Below are positions 38,362 through 50,682 of a DNA stretch of 64,000 nt, in pieces (within the stretch, counting starts at the first letter, position 1; every line of letters starts with the position of its first letter). The DNA is taken from the NCBI RefSeq assembly GCF_964204645.1, contig NC_134030.1, positions 2,277,355 to 2,341,354 of the forward strand. The letters are read 5' to 3'. Under the pieces are notes generated by a model. It had not been told where the DNA came from, made no database searches, and saw nothing but the letters and a program-made list of their open reading frames with translations. Position numbers and translations under genes: made by a program. Source of the DNA: Tubulanus polymorphus (lineage: Eukaryota > Animalia > Nemertea).

Positions 38362-40566
38362 GTAAGTTTTAAAATTATGAATGATTATGATTCATCATTT
38401 CTAAATTATTGTAAACAAGAAACCTTTTATGGTTTTGTGACTCTCGGTATTAGGGCTTTAGGGTAAACGTCATATCCATCACGGTGACAAGATTTTTAAC
38501 GGCACGAAACATGCATCGACTAAACATAACAGCAATTTGTGACTGAGTAATAATTATCATAGTTGTACCATTTTCAATTTTTTTTTCAAAGAATTGAATT
38601 TTAGCACTACTCTCTAAGTTTTTTTTCAAATGGCTCATTGAATTGAGTCTAAACATCACGACTCTCTTAGTTTAAAATGGCTTACAGATTGGTGTCTAAA
38701 CGTCAAATACCGTGCTCATTTTTTCTTTACAATCGTGGTTTTCTTTAATCGTATTATATGGACAGCTTTTATCCATGGAAACTAAAATGTTTGTTGAATT
38801 TCGATTCCACACTAGAAGCATTTTAGGAACGCGTCAAATGTGTCTTGTTATGTGGGTTATGTGACACATGTGCGAAGTATTTCCCGCTATTACCAGTTAT
38901 TGTGTGGGGCCTTATCGAGTCAAGGGCTATCAAAATGTTAAATCGCATTCTTCGGACGTCGTTGACTGTAGAGGGCAAATATTATACTTGTCAAAACGAT
39001 TAGGGCACCCTTGATAAGAGCTTAGAATAATAGAAATCGGAAAACAAATCGTGATTAACAGTTGTACTACATGGGAAATAGGCAATAAGTCGTCAACATC
39101 GGTGAATTCCAAATATCTATCATATCTACAAGTTTTGAATATTCCAATAGCTCCACGATGACCGTGACCTAATTACTCCGCTGTCACAGCTGTCGTTTGG
39201 ACAGCGGTTAGGGGTTCGGCTGTGAAACAATAGGTGCGTTTTTCCCACGGTCTCAAAACGCTGTAATAATCTCTCAGAGAATTAGTGGCTGAATAAATTG
39301 TAGTATATTTATAATCCTGTTATTATTAGGATCCTGTGATCACAACGAGCTTTAACATGATTTTAAAGCTGTGTTTTGAAAGGTACTTTACTCGAGTATT
39401 AGACATTTACGCATCATTTGTTTTTATATGTTTGACAGATGAACTGATGTCAGTTCTCATTGTAGAATACAATGAACATTTGATACGACAATTGATGATA
39501 TTTCGTTAATCAAAATTTATTTGTCTGTTAGTTTCGAGATCTTCAAAGAAACAGTAAAATGAATGTTGATTTGGAGATTATATTTTAGAAAAATCTTGAA
39601 ACTGTCAGAAAAATTGAAATTTCTTTATTAAAAACTTCAATTGTTCAAAATCTTATATCTTCGTTTCGGATGTGAAACATTTTTCTAAAACGAAAATCTA
39701 TATCGATAGCGAAAATATCCAAGTATTCATAGTCCATAGTAACACTGGTTCTACTTTCTAACGATCGATTTTAAAATCTCTAAATTTGAAATATCGACGA
39801 TAATTCGATAATTGAACGATTCGATAATTTGATAATTTGAATTGATCGTTGTTTTCGCGAAACCGGACGCGATGTTAACGGTCTCCTAGTGCGCATGACA
39901 ACGACTCGCTCACCGGGGAAGGCGTTCAACATCGACACAATTAACCGACAATAATTGGAAGACTTTTTATTGTATAATTAACGGATTAAACGAGTCAATC
40001 TCGACGCTATTAAACCGCCCTATAGTTCAATTACATCACCTATATGTGTAAACTTGTTCGTGCTAAATGAGTGCGGGTATATTATTAGGATTCTTTGTGC
40101 GGGGCTTCGCTCAATGGGTGTATTGCCCACTTATGACCCGCTCGGCAACTCCGGCACCATCCCGTTATCTCCGAGGGCCTATTTCATACATCACATCAAT
40201 CGAACAGATTATCATCGTTTCAAGTGTTTTTCGATGATTCAATTGAAAGTTCACGAATCAGAACTCTGCCTTGGACACGTATTTTAAGAAGTCAATTAAG
40301 TACGTTGCATTTATGGGCTCTCATTAATTTCGATAAAGCACGTTAGAATGTGTATTTTCGGGCGGTAACCGACACTTTAGCGATAGTTAATGTAATCTTG
40401 CATGTTTTTACGTGCAATTATCAAGATTTCAAACTTTCTGTAGATCGGCGTTCAAGAATACGTACTTGGCGTGACGTCAGTCAACGGACCTCGGTACTAC
40501 TGAGTAAGATCTCAGTTCCACAGTTCGGGATCTAAGATTAGTAAACTGTGGAACAATAACACGAAA

Positions 40567-40794
40567 TAGAACGATGACCACACTCAAACGTGGTGAACGG
40601 ATAATAAGATAAAATCCCACTATTTACAGATTAAAAGAATTTCAAAACAAGAATTTATTTATTAAATCTAAAATATTTAAAAGACACGACGTTTCGATCT
40701 CACCCTAGAGATCATCGTCAGGTGACACCTAAAATAAATAAATAAATTCTGGTTTTTAAATTCTTTTAATGTGTAAATAGTGGGATTTTATCTT
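40567..40794 (-). mobile_element. Family-B palindromic insertion with an intact hammerhead motif
   Basis: Minus strand CAC-CUGACGA-U-GAUCUC..GAGAUC-GAAAC-GUC-GUG at about 40686-40724. TSD AATAACACGAAA at 40555 and 40795. Confidence 0.85.
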
Positions 40795-41510
40795 AATAAC
40801 ACGAAAGTGTCATTAAGGAGACTAGAAATTGTATATTCTAAACAAATACTCCCAAACGAGTCGAAATGTAGGTATTAACCATCATCTTTGTTAGTGTAAC
40901 GTTAAAAATAGATTTGTCAAGGAGAATTTTGTGGTTCAATTATTCTTTTACCCCGAAGCCGATTCAAACCTCGAACTTTGTAACTCGACCCAAGACTATA
41001 TAACGATATGCGATGAAATGGCTTTAATGGCTTCCTTTGTATTACGTAAACCAGTAACAGCAGAACCCCGCCCTTTAAACATATTGTCACCTTTGAGATA
41101 ACTCATAAATGTTTAATACAGATCGTTGAGGCGCGCTATCCGCCGCTAATTACATCCATAATCCGCAACATGGCGCGGAATTAGTAGAAATATAACTATT
41201 TGGGGTTTACGTGTACGGAATACCCTCGGGGGGATGAAAGCACTAATTCACTAGGGATAATTATCACTAAAACTCCGTGTGTCGTATTCACGATGGAATC
41301 AGTGGGTGTGTATGTAATACGTGTTAATTAGGCACGTGTATCTACAGTAAACAGTATTCATATAGACAAGAGAGCGCGCGGATATTAGTTGTTACAAGAA
41401 CGTGACTTATTCGTTCCTGAAGAGGTAGGAAATTATACAGTTATAAATCCGTGAAACTCAGACAACGAGATGTAGGTCTATATATCTAATGAATATTAAT
41501 ACAACTACTT

Positions 41511-41747
41511 AAAAGATTAAAAAAAACCCCCACTACTTACACATTAAAAGAAATCTAAAATCGAGAATTTATTTATTGAAACAATCTAAAATGTAAAAAC
41601 ACGACGTTTCGATCTCACCCTAGAGATCATCGTCAGGTTTAGATTGTTTCAATAAATAAATTCTCGATTTTAGATTTCTTTTAATTTGTAAATAGTGGGT
41701 TTTTTATCTTATCATCTGTTCACCACGTTTGAGTGCGGTTATCGTAC
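41511..41747 (-). mobile_element. Family-B variant palindromic insertion with hammerhead motif
   Basis: Identical HHR core at about 41600-41637, diverged arms, tail on the right. TSD TACAACTACTT at 41500 and 41748. Confidence 0.8.
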
Positions 41748-42570
41748 TACAACTACTTCAATTTGGAGACTGTCAGAAATCTTGAATCTGATTAGACAGA
41801 CAGTTGTCTAATCGAAACCAATAGAAAGGACTCGTTCAGAACATGGACGCATAAACTAGGGCATGTTCAAGGCATGAGGCTGTAATGCTGAACAGAGTGG
41901 TCGATTAGTCCTGATCACTGTGAAATGAACAAATTCAAATTCAAATTCAAAATAACTTTATTGATCCTTAATGTTCAACATATACATCATTGGATTGAAA
42001 TTTTCAATAAAGTGGACAGGACAAACAAGAGACATGGAGAATAGAAAAAAAAACCAAAAATAATGATGGAGCAGTTTAGAAGGGAATTTTAACATAATTA
42101 ATGTAACAGAGAATAGGCGATGTATCATGATACAAGAAAAAAATCATCCTTTGTGTATTGAGAATTCATAATCATTCAAGCCGTGTTTTATAGGTTTATT
42201 TTTTTTAAGTTCGTATCTTGTTTCGATTTCACATCATAAGTCCACTTATGTGTGAGTAAATACGATGAAGTATATTAGTATGTTAACGGATATCAGATTC
42301 TATCGATCAATCGACTCTCATACTCGATCAACCCGATTCTTATATATTAATCATTATTTCATACAATATCGGCTTCAAACGCATACAGAAAATCGTTATA
42401 CAGAGGTTTTTGATCTTAAAATAGGGATTGACCCTGTTATTTATTTGATTGGTAGATTTCGTTTGATTTTCTGTTTTGGTGTCCCTTACAAACCCACGAC
42501 ACCTGCCGGGAGCGAAACAGGGGGTTTGATTTGGAAATCGGAAATCGAAGTACGTAAATTTAACGTTAAT

Positions 42571-42606
42571 CGTCCGCGACAGGACTCGAACCTGCAATCT
42601 TCTGAT
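42571..42606 (-). pseudogene. tRNA-Arg-derived fragment (3' half), possible SINE head
   Basis: Reverse complement ATCAGAAGATTGCAGGTTCGAGTCCTGTCGCGGACG resembles the metazoan tRNA-Arg(TCG) 3' half. The 5' half and anticodon are not intact. Confidence 0.6.
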
Positions 42607-42999
42607 TCTATACAGAGGTTTTAGCCAACGCGTATAAGCCATCCTCGCTTGCCGGGGTTTGCACGCCTCTCATAAGCTTGGAAACCGCCACTTTGGAACT
42701 GCGTTTATTTCTATCGATTGAAATGATAAGAAAAAAATGATAATCCGCTCTGAACATCAGAGTGTCATTAAGTGATAAGTAATATTGTGAATAACGTCGT
42801 TATTCGGTTACACCGACTATATTATCATCTCCGAGACGGGGATAATTATCTCATATAAAAGAAGATGGAGAATACGAGATTAGACTGACGTATCTTTGAT
42901 AGATTTTATTCACCAGCGACGGGGAATGAGTGACGTCATTAGACATTCATTCAGGGTTAACCATTACTGAAACATCCTGAGTCCTGTAAAGATACTATG

Positions 43000-43250
43000 C
43001 AATCGCTCCACACTAAGAATAAAAAGTTACTGAAATGTTTCCTTGAGCGGGTGTAGTTTGATCAACATTTCGACTTTATCCTAATAGCCATATTCAGGAA
43101 TATACTGATGTTGTCCTCATTATAACCATTGACGAATTATTCTGCGTCAGTGTTGTAAAGATGAAATGAAATCCTTGCACACTAAGAATAAAGAGTTTAA
43201 AACCATAACTCGACATTTCTACCATTTCCATATAATAGTCTTCAGGAATA
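43000..43250 (-). repeat. Degenerate tandem hammerhead-bearing repeat (family A)
   Basis: Two decayed CTGAAGA..GACTATTAGGATA.AGTCGAAA.GTTG motifs about 150 bp apart, and CACACTAAGAATAAA twice. Confidence 0.6.
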
Positions 43251-46200
43251 TGCTGCATAAAGATAACATTTCCTTTATTTCTTTGTGTGCGAGTTCACAT
43301 CGGTTTCTAAGTAAAATCTAACATTAAATAGATCGGAATACTCGAGTTAAAGTGTACGTACATGAATACATACACGATGAGTAGTGTTTGTTAACCTGGA
43401 ACTAATAACCAGATTTTATTGGCTATACACCTCTGTTGTAATAGAACAGAGTTTAATTACCGCATTGAAGAGTAATAAAATCTTCTCTACTACGCGCGCT
43501 GTTCCAAATGACGTCATATCCGGTGAGACCGGTATAGTGCGGACTGTACTCTTCAGAGACGTTGTTCGCGTCTCGAACGTCACTCGGGAGATTGCCACAG
43601 GTTGTGTTGACGTTCGGATTCAGTGCTGTCGCTGGCGGCTGCGATCGTGGAAATCTATCCGCTTCAAGTCACTGACAATTCAGGATATCATATTTCATGC
43701 GGTAATATATGTTAAGATATCAGGTAGGAATAATTCTCTGCGAAAAGTGATGAAATTGAACATGATATAAGTGACGCAGCGTAGATATCCCATGATGATA
43801 TTGATTATGTTTGTTTATCAGCTCATTCTTTCTGATGATGAACAAACAGTGATGTTTTATTCCCAGTGGAAATTTAATATATATGTTATATTCATTATTC
43901 TATCAGTTTCGTGAACGATCTTTGATGATATCTTAAATTCATCAAGGAAATAGGAATGAAAGAAAAAATAATCAACATTATTTATTATCAAGTTATTAAT
44001 TATCAAATTATCAAAAAGTTATCAGTATATATATATATATTCTGTTCTTTTAATGCCGTGTTATTTCTAAATACACAATTTCACATTCTAATAACGTAGC
44101 TATGAATGCATATATGTACATGTATTTCGCTGTGTTTTTTTTGGTAGGAAACTTAAGGTTTTTAAATGTCGCAAAATCATCATGTTTTGGGTTGAGACCA
44201 TTTTGTGTAAGGTTTTTTGAATGTCGCAATATTGTGCTTAGGTTTATGCATTTTTTTTCGCAGACTAAAGCGGGTTAAGTATCTAAGTTACTAGTTTATA
44301 GATAGAAACTCCAATTGAGTTATGTTATAAACGTAACTACCAGTAATAGTCGTTATATGAAGATAAACAGATGTTACTTCATATATTTCAGACATTTACA
44401 GACATATGAAAGTAAATATAGATTTATCAGGTGACACTTCGTATATGGAATATAACTGAGCTGGTTATGTGTGTACTTTCAATATGTCAGTCTTCACTAA
44501 GGCATAAGAGATCAACGTGGAATTTGAATTTCTATTTCGTTTGGCGTTTTCATAGGAATCGAATTTGTTTATAAATTACCGGGAAAGATGGATTATTAAT
44601 CCGAATTATTCAACCCTTTGAATATTTCCATTCGATATTTGTCCTAGGCGGATGTAATGAATTTCATTTTTCATCGTTCAACTCAAAGACTGTGAGAAAT
44701 GTTCGCCCAGGTTTTAACGTATTTCATGATAGTTCAACTCGTCAACTGTTCACCCCAAAGACTGTGAGATACATGTGTGTTTCGTCATCTCCTAATATAG
44801 TGGGCTTGCAAGGAATATAAAAAATCTAAGACGATCAATCAAAGAGGAAGATTTCCTATTTCAAAGATGCTTATTATGGTTTTTATGTTGATGTATTTTC
44901 CTTGTGATCGCTTGCTGCGTCTTGCTGCGGCAGGCGAGTGAGACGGACTCAATGACCTTTATGAAATAGTCGCACGCATGCAACTCCGTCGAGAAATAAC
45001 AATTCAATTATGATTATTATTATTATTCCGACATGTGGCACTCTATACGGGGTCGCTATATGTGATATTTCTGGACGAGTATCGACATTCTATCATTGTT
45101 TACAGTGTAAATCAGTGCATAATATGATCCTATACCATCGAACTTGAGACACGAACAAAGCAATTTGAACTCTAAGGACACTTTCAGGCAACGAGTCGAG
45201 ATTTCAGTTTTATTGAAAGTCTGGATTCGGGTTCACATCATCGCCTCTGAATCGTGAAACGGACCTCAATGGGTGAAACCGTATCCAAATTCTAGGCGAC
45301 TCGCTAGATTTTCGTCTGTAGATTGTTTTTACTTGTGTAAACCGTTATTTTGAACCGATGAAATCAGGAACCATCTATGACTGGGGCTGGCCCTGCCTTT
45401 CTTGTCGCTCGTGTTCAAACTGCCGAATGTTTACTTCTCCAGATTGTTTGAATTTCATATATACAGCGAATGAACTCCGAAATAAGGGTTTAAAAAGCAA
45501 TCGTCAAAATGAAATGTTAAGATTATAAGCACAGCCATAAAAACCATTGAAATAAAGGAATTTTATCGCATTAGAATATTTCCGCAGTATTTACATGTGG
45601 ACAAATACAAAGATTAGGTTTCATTCTGTTCTGAAGAAATGGAATACGTGATTGCGGTTGTGCGCCGTATATATTCAGGTCAGTCGAGTGGATATTTCTA
45701 TTCGAATTAAGTGGAAATTTTAGCAAACAGTTTTGTCCGGTTCGAACGACATAAATTCGCTGAAATATGTCTCCCCGAAAACGGGTATTAATGATATTCG
45801 ATGGAATGGATGTTCTCAGTTGCTATGTGAACTTCATGAAACTGTATACGTCTGACGTTATGAGACTTCACATGAACTATTCAGTTTGTACCAGTTTTAT
45901 CGTCTCTACCAGTCATATCTACCTAAATACATATATCTGATATATCTGATTATCATCAGGCATTAATAAGTTTAAAACCTACTATATAAAGTTGATTTTT
46001 AGTGGTATACAATGGGTTTTAAACTTAGTATCGATTCTCCACTTCCGAGTGGACGGGCCATTCTACAAACATCATCAAACTTTCTTTGATTCAGGGTCCT
46101 CCAGTTCCGCGTTTTAAAGTCAGGGTAAACTCTGAACTCAGGATCTAGTTCCACACTTGTGAGTTGGAGTTAATTGATTGATTGATTTGGATGATCGCTT

Positions 46201-49113
46201 GGCCTGCTGACAACATATTCAACATTTCCTGACTCCAATTTATGTGACGATAAACGATCTTCGCTCCAACTGACTCGGGTGCACTAGATTCTTTGACTAG
46301 GATCAATTTTTTGGGAAATATTGCGCTCCATCTTTTGACCACATTATACACATCTAATCGGTCTTAATACGACCAGTGAAACTGTGACAGACATGCTGCC
46401 TCGCAGAGTGAAATCATTGCTCCCACGAGATTATTCACATGTCCACTGCATTCCCTCCCCCCTCATTTTTAATTTACGCTGAATGAAAATAGTTTCGGAC
46501 CTTGGAAATCAGCCATAACCTTAAAATGCTCGATCGATAGAACGGTATCCATTGTTCTCGAATTAGAAATATATAATCGTTGAAGGCAAAGAATCGTTGA
46601 ACATATGTTTAAATGTGTCAAATACATTTTGTGTCGTTAATTCTTACTAAGAAATGTACAGATACAATCAGAACATACGTCTATGTATATGTATTCACGC
46701 GCATTTTAATGACTTTGTTTTTAGGATCAGTAAACATTAAGTGTCAAAACGCTTTTTCCGTTATTAAACCCGTTTAAAGTATCGTGGGAATTAAATGTCG
46801 TTGACAATTTGTGCGCTGTTATGTAATAATAGATATGACAGGCTGCGCGCATATCATCCCGTTATACAAATAATAAATATATAAGGCGGATTGTTTTCGT
46901 GTCAGGGACCGACCGGACTGTTCCGTCCACAATCCACATTTACGATCCTAATTCAAAGGTGCCGACAGTAATTAATGGCGGCGGTTCTCGGTAGGCGTTC
47001 AGCTGTGTGTGAACAGCACATGGACGTCCACCGCGAGATAAAAGTGACCGCCACACAGCGCGCGCGGCGTGGGCTCCCGCGTAACGGTAGCCCTACTCGT
47101 CGTCACACTCGGTACTGCTGTCATTGCAATGCTCGACGCGCTCGACGCAGTCGAATACGGAGACAAGAGACGGAGACATGTTTGCGAGGAGCCAGTAGTC
47201 GAATAAAGCACTCTATCCCGTGTAAGCTGTAGATAAATTAAGAATTCCCACAATACGATATCATACGATAGAATTTGCTAAAATGAAACCTCAATATTTC
47301 GGCTGTTGACACTAACACAGCCATCATTATTGCAAACGTTGACGTTTTTTTAAATAAATCTTCTCATGATTGTATCATTTATCATATTTTCTCTGTTGTC
47401 GTGTTTTCAATTTAGTTTTTAACCTTTCAAAGCAGTATTTAATCATATTATCAATTCTCCACGTTTGAGGGATGGGCTATTCTACTGTCACAGTCACTCT
47501 CTCGTGTCCGCATAGAACCTCCACTTCAGTGGACACACGGTGCGACGGTACCTTTGGTATAAAACATTAATTATTCGGATTTCTTTACGACCGTCGGTTT
47601 TTCTAAATACACGACAGTCATTTCCCGAGAGTGATCGGCGGTGTTATTGATGACGGAATGTTGTGGTTTAGTTAATGACACTTGTAGAACCAGTCGAACG
47701 CTCGGGTGCCGCCGATTTGAACGCGCTCTCTTTCGGCGGCGACTGTTAGAAATCAGTTTATTAGAAGTCATTAAGTCTCGATTCAATATAAAATTCCATC
47801 GGGTAATTGAGAGAAATAACTCGTCGTGGAATTGTATCACGACTGGTATTTTTACGTGGGTTGAATAGATGAATTAACGTGTGATAGGATTTCGGATTTC
47901 GGATATAGGGTATGCGCGGGATTAACATGGGATATCGGAATTAGGATTTAGGACATAGGATATGTGTGGGATTAACGTGGGATATAGGTTATAAGTTATA
48001 GGGTTCAAGTGAACTTTGTGTCTAAGTTTGAAAATGTGGAATATACATTGGGGATACAGAAACCCTAGCCTAATTCGGACACAAAAGATTAGTCCGAGGT
48101 GATCGACGTTTGAGTTGAGGATAGTAAAAATATGTATAAGTGGTACGAAAATAATTACATTTCAAATTTGTCGGAGTTGGTTTTATTGTATAAAGCTTTC
48201 AAATTTGGCAAATAGGTCGTCAATAAAGTTGAATTTCCTAAATAAGGACCCTGGATCCAGTTCCACTGTTGTAGGTTAACTCTTAGTCAAATCCTAACTC
48301 ACAACTGTGGAACCTGGCTCCAGTTCCCCAGTTGTGGATTCATATTATTTGATTCCAGAATGAACTAGTTTTACCTATGAGAGTTAACTCAGAACCCGGT
48401 TGCACGGTTCCCGCCCAATTTCACGAGTTCAATTAAGTCAATTCGATATTGTTATTGTGTGTAAAACAGCTATCAAATTGATCTCGAGTCGTATAACGAT
48501 GACGTAGATTGATCGATTAATTGAATAAAAAAAAAAACTACTCCGCGCAAACAATATTCACTATTTCCACATGTTGAAGCACTCTGTACGTTGTACCTCA
48601 CTTCTAAGAATTATTGAGAGTACTTATAAACATTATACATTCTAGAAGAGAGCCTACAACTCATTACGTATTCTTCGCGTTTATGAATTAATCGAATATT
48701 TTCAGGTTCTCTGTAAATCTACTGAGTGTTGAAATATGTCGATATATACAACATAGATCCTTCCGATATATACATAAACACGCCCTTACCTCTGACATCA
48801 CTCGACTGTTTAAAAACAATAAGTGCGTCAGTTGATATCAGATCAGATAATCTCATAATTTTATTTATCCCCGGCTTATTGCAATATATAACCCTCTTGT
48901 GGGTCATTGATATTACCCCTCAAACACGCAGCGCCCTGTGGGTCGTTTATATTCATAACCTTTACCTCCGTAAGATTTGTAACTCCGTACACAGCAGTTT
49001 TCCACTTTACTTCCAATTTACCAGATGCTCTTTCATATATACACATAAAGCATTGCTTGTACCAACGTTGACCGAAGTAATAACTGAACATATATGTTTG
49101 TATCATTCTAGTT

Positions 49114-50682
49114 TTGACGAAAATGACGACGATGAACAACGTTATAAAATGGTTCAAAGAAAAAACGAAAAAACCGCCGAAAATCGTACGGCAGTTACCG
49201 GCACTGCCACCAGGCGGAGCTAGCGACGAATACGGATTTCGTATGAAAGAACACCACATTTACGAAGAGATACTGCCCGAGGACGTCGAAGACCCCGCGG
49301 AGGTTTTTCTCGAGAATGCGGACGTTTCTCAAGCGGCCGCGGTCGGGCCTTACCTCGTAGTACCAATCGCCGGAAGCGGACGTAGAAATTCACTTCCGGA
49401 AGAGGAAGATGACGATTCTGTATTTTTAGCGGACGCGTCCGATAGCGGGATCAGTAGTAATACCGCTGGCGCCACCTATGATCAGTGCAATAGTTTATAT
49501 AACGCGATTCCGTCGTGGATGCGACAGAATATGAAACAATCGAACAGAAAGCGTCACGGGATCGCCGTCACTGCTTCTAAACAACGGGACAATCAGAGTC
49601 CAATCGAAAACCGGAAACCAGCTCGCCGGAAGTCAACCGACGCCATTCTCAATCCCGCGTCCGGTCGTCTACGATGCGGCGTTCGGTCGCATTCGGCGAG
49701 TTCCGTCAAGGCGGCGACTACAGCGCCTACTTGCGGACACGCGGGTAACTGCACCGACGCGGTCTGCAACGAAGAACTTCAAATCGACGATATTTATCAA
49801 CGATCCAACGAGTTACTACGCGGGGTTAATGAGTGCAATACGAATAAAACTTCGATGCGTCGCGGGAGGGGCTCGGAAAGCGATTTCTCGTTCAGCGAAT
49901 ACGATCTCAGCGATGCCGAAATGCACAATATTCTCAGCGAGAAGGAATACGAGTATTATCTGATAAAAGCCGAGAAAAACTTCCAACTCGAGCGCGAACT
50001 GAAGCGTTCGATCGACGGAGGCGGTTCGAGCTGTAGCGAGTACCCGGATGAATACGGGTCAGTCGACAGCGACGCGCAGGAATACTGTCAAAACTGCAAC
50101 GATAAACGAAGCCGACAAAATGATAATTACAAATGTTGCAAAGGTTGTAACGTAACTTTAAAAGGGGATCAGCGCCGTCGGTCTCAGAGAGGAATGAACA
50201 TTTCACAGGCGATGATCCTCGTGCCAAAAAATGCGAGTCGCCGTCCTCCTGTTCATCACGTGAACGGCGCGTGTCATCGACATAAAAAGACGGTCAGTTG
50301 GTGCTCATTGGAGAGTTTAAATTCTAGTAACTATAGCAGCGCGTCGTCGTCCAGTAACCGCAGTGATTGTTATAACGCTGTAAATATGGACGCTTATTAC
50401 AGCAGAGACGTGACCAACCGGATTTCCTCCCGAAATCAATCTGCCACGGAAAAACCCGAAATCAGCCGAAATCAGCGCCAACGCTCGGGTGGTGACCGGG
50501 CACCTGCGGGGTTCTCACGTTCTGTTTCAGATCGGCTGTCGTGTCGGGCTTCGGCGTCACCTAGTGGCCTAGATTCGGACAATATGTACGGTAGTATATA
50601 CGAATCGTCTAATTTTCGGCAGAATCGAATGTTGGCTGACGTCATGAAACGTAACCACGACCGACAACTGATGATGCTCTGA
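49114..50682 (+). CDS. Uncharacterised 522-aa low-complexity/disordered protein, single coding exon
   Basis: 1569-nt ORF with raised GC/CpG in an AT-rich background, Ser/Arg/Asp/Asn-rich. The true start is probably an ATG at 49123 or 49132. Upstream acceptor TTTTCAG| at 48706. No domain recognised. Confidence 0.8.
   Translation: MTKMTTMNNVIKWFKEKTKKPPKIVRQLPALPPGGASDEYGFRMKEHHIYEEILPEDVEDPAEVFLENADVSQAAAVGPYLVVPIAGSGRRNSLPEEEDDDSVFLADASDSGISSNTAGATYDQCNSLYNAIPSWMRQNMKQSNRKRHGIAVTASKQRDNQSPIENRKPARRKSTDAILNPASGRLRCGVRSHSASSVKAATTAPTCGHAGNCTDAVCNEELQIDDIYQRSNELLRGVNECNTNKTSMRRGRGSESDFSFSEYDLSDAEMHNILSEKEYEYYLIKAEKNFQLERELKRSIDGGGSSCSEYPDEYGSVDSDAQEYCQNCNDKRSRQNDNYKCCKGCNVTLKGDQRRRSQRGMNISQAMILVPKNASRRPPVHHVNGACHRHKKTVSWCSLESLNSSNYSSASSSSNRSDCYNAVNMDAYYSRDVTNRISSRNQSATEKPEISRNQRQRSGGDRAPAGFSRSVSDRLSCRASASPSGLDSDNMYGSIYESSNFRQNRMLADVMKRNHDRQLMML

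Noticed and set aside
42571-42640. Functional tRNA gene
   Set aside because: The 5' acceptor strand, D-arm and anticodon arm do not form; kept only as a fragment.
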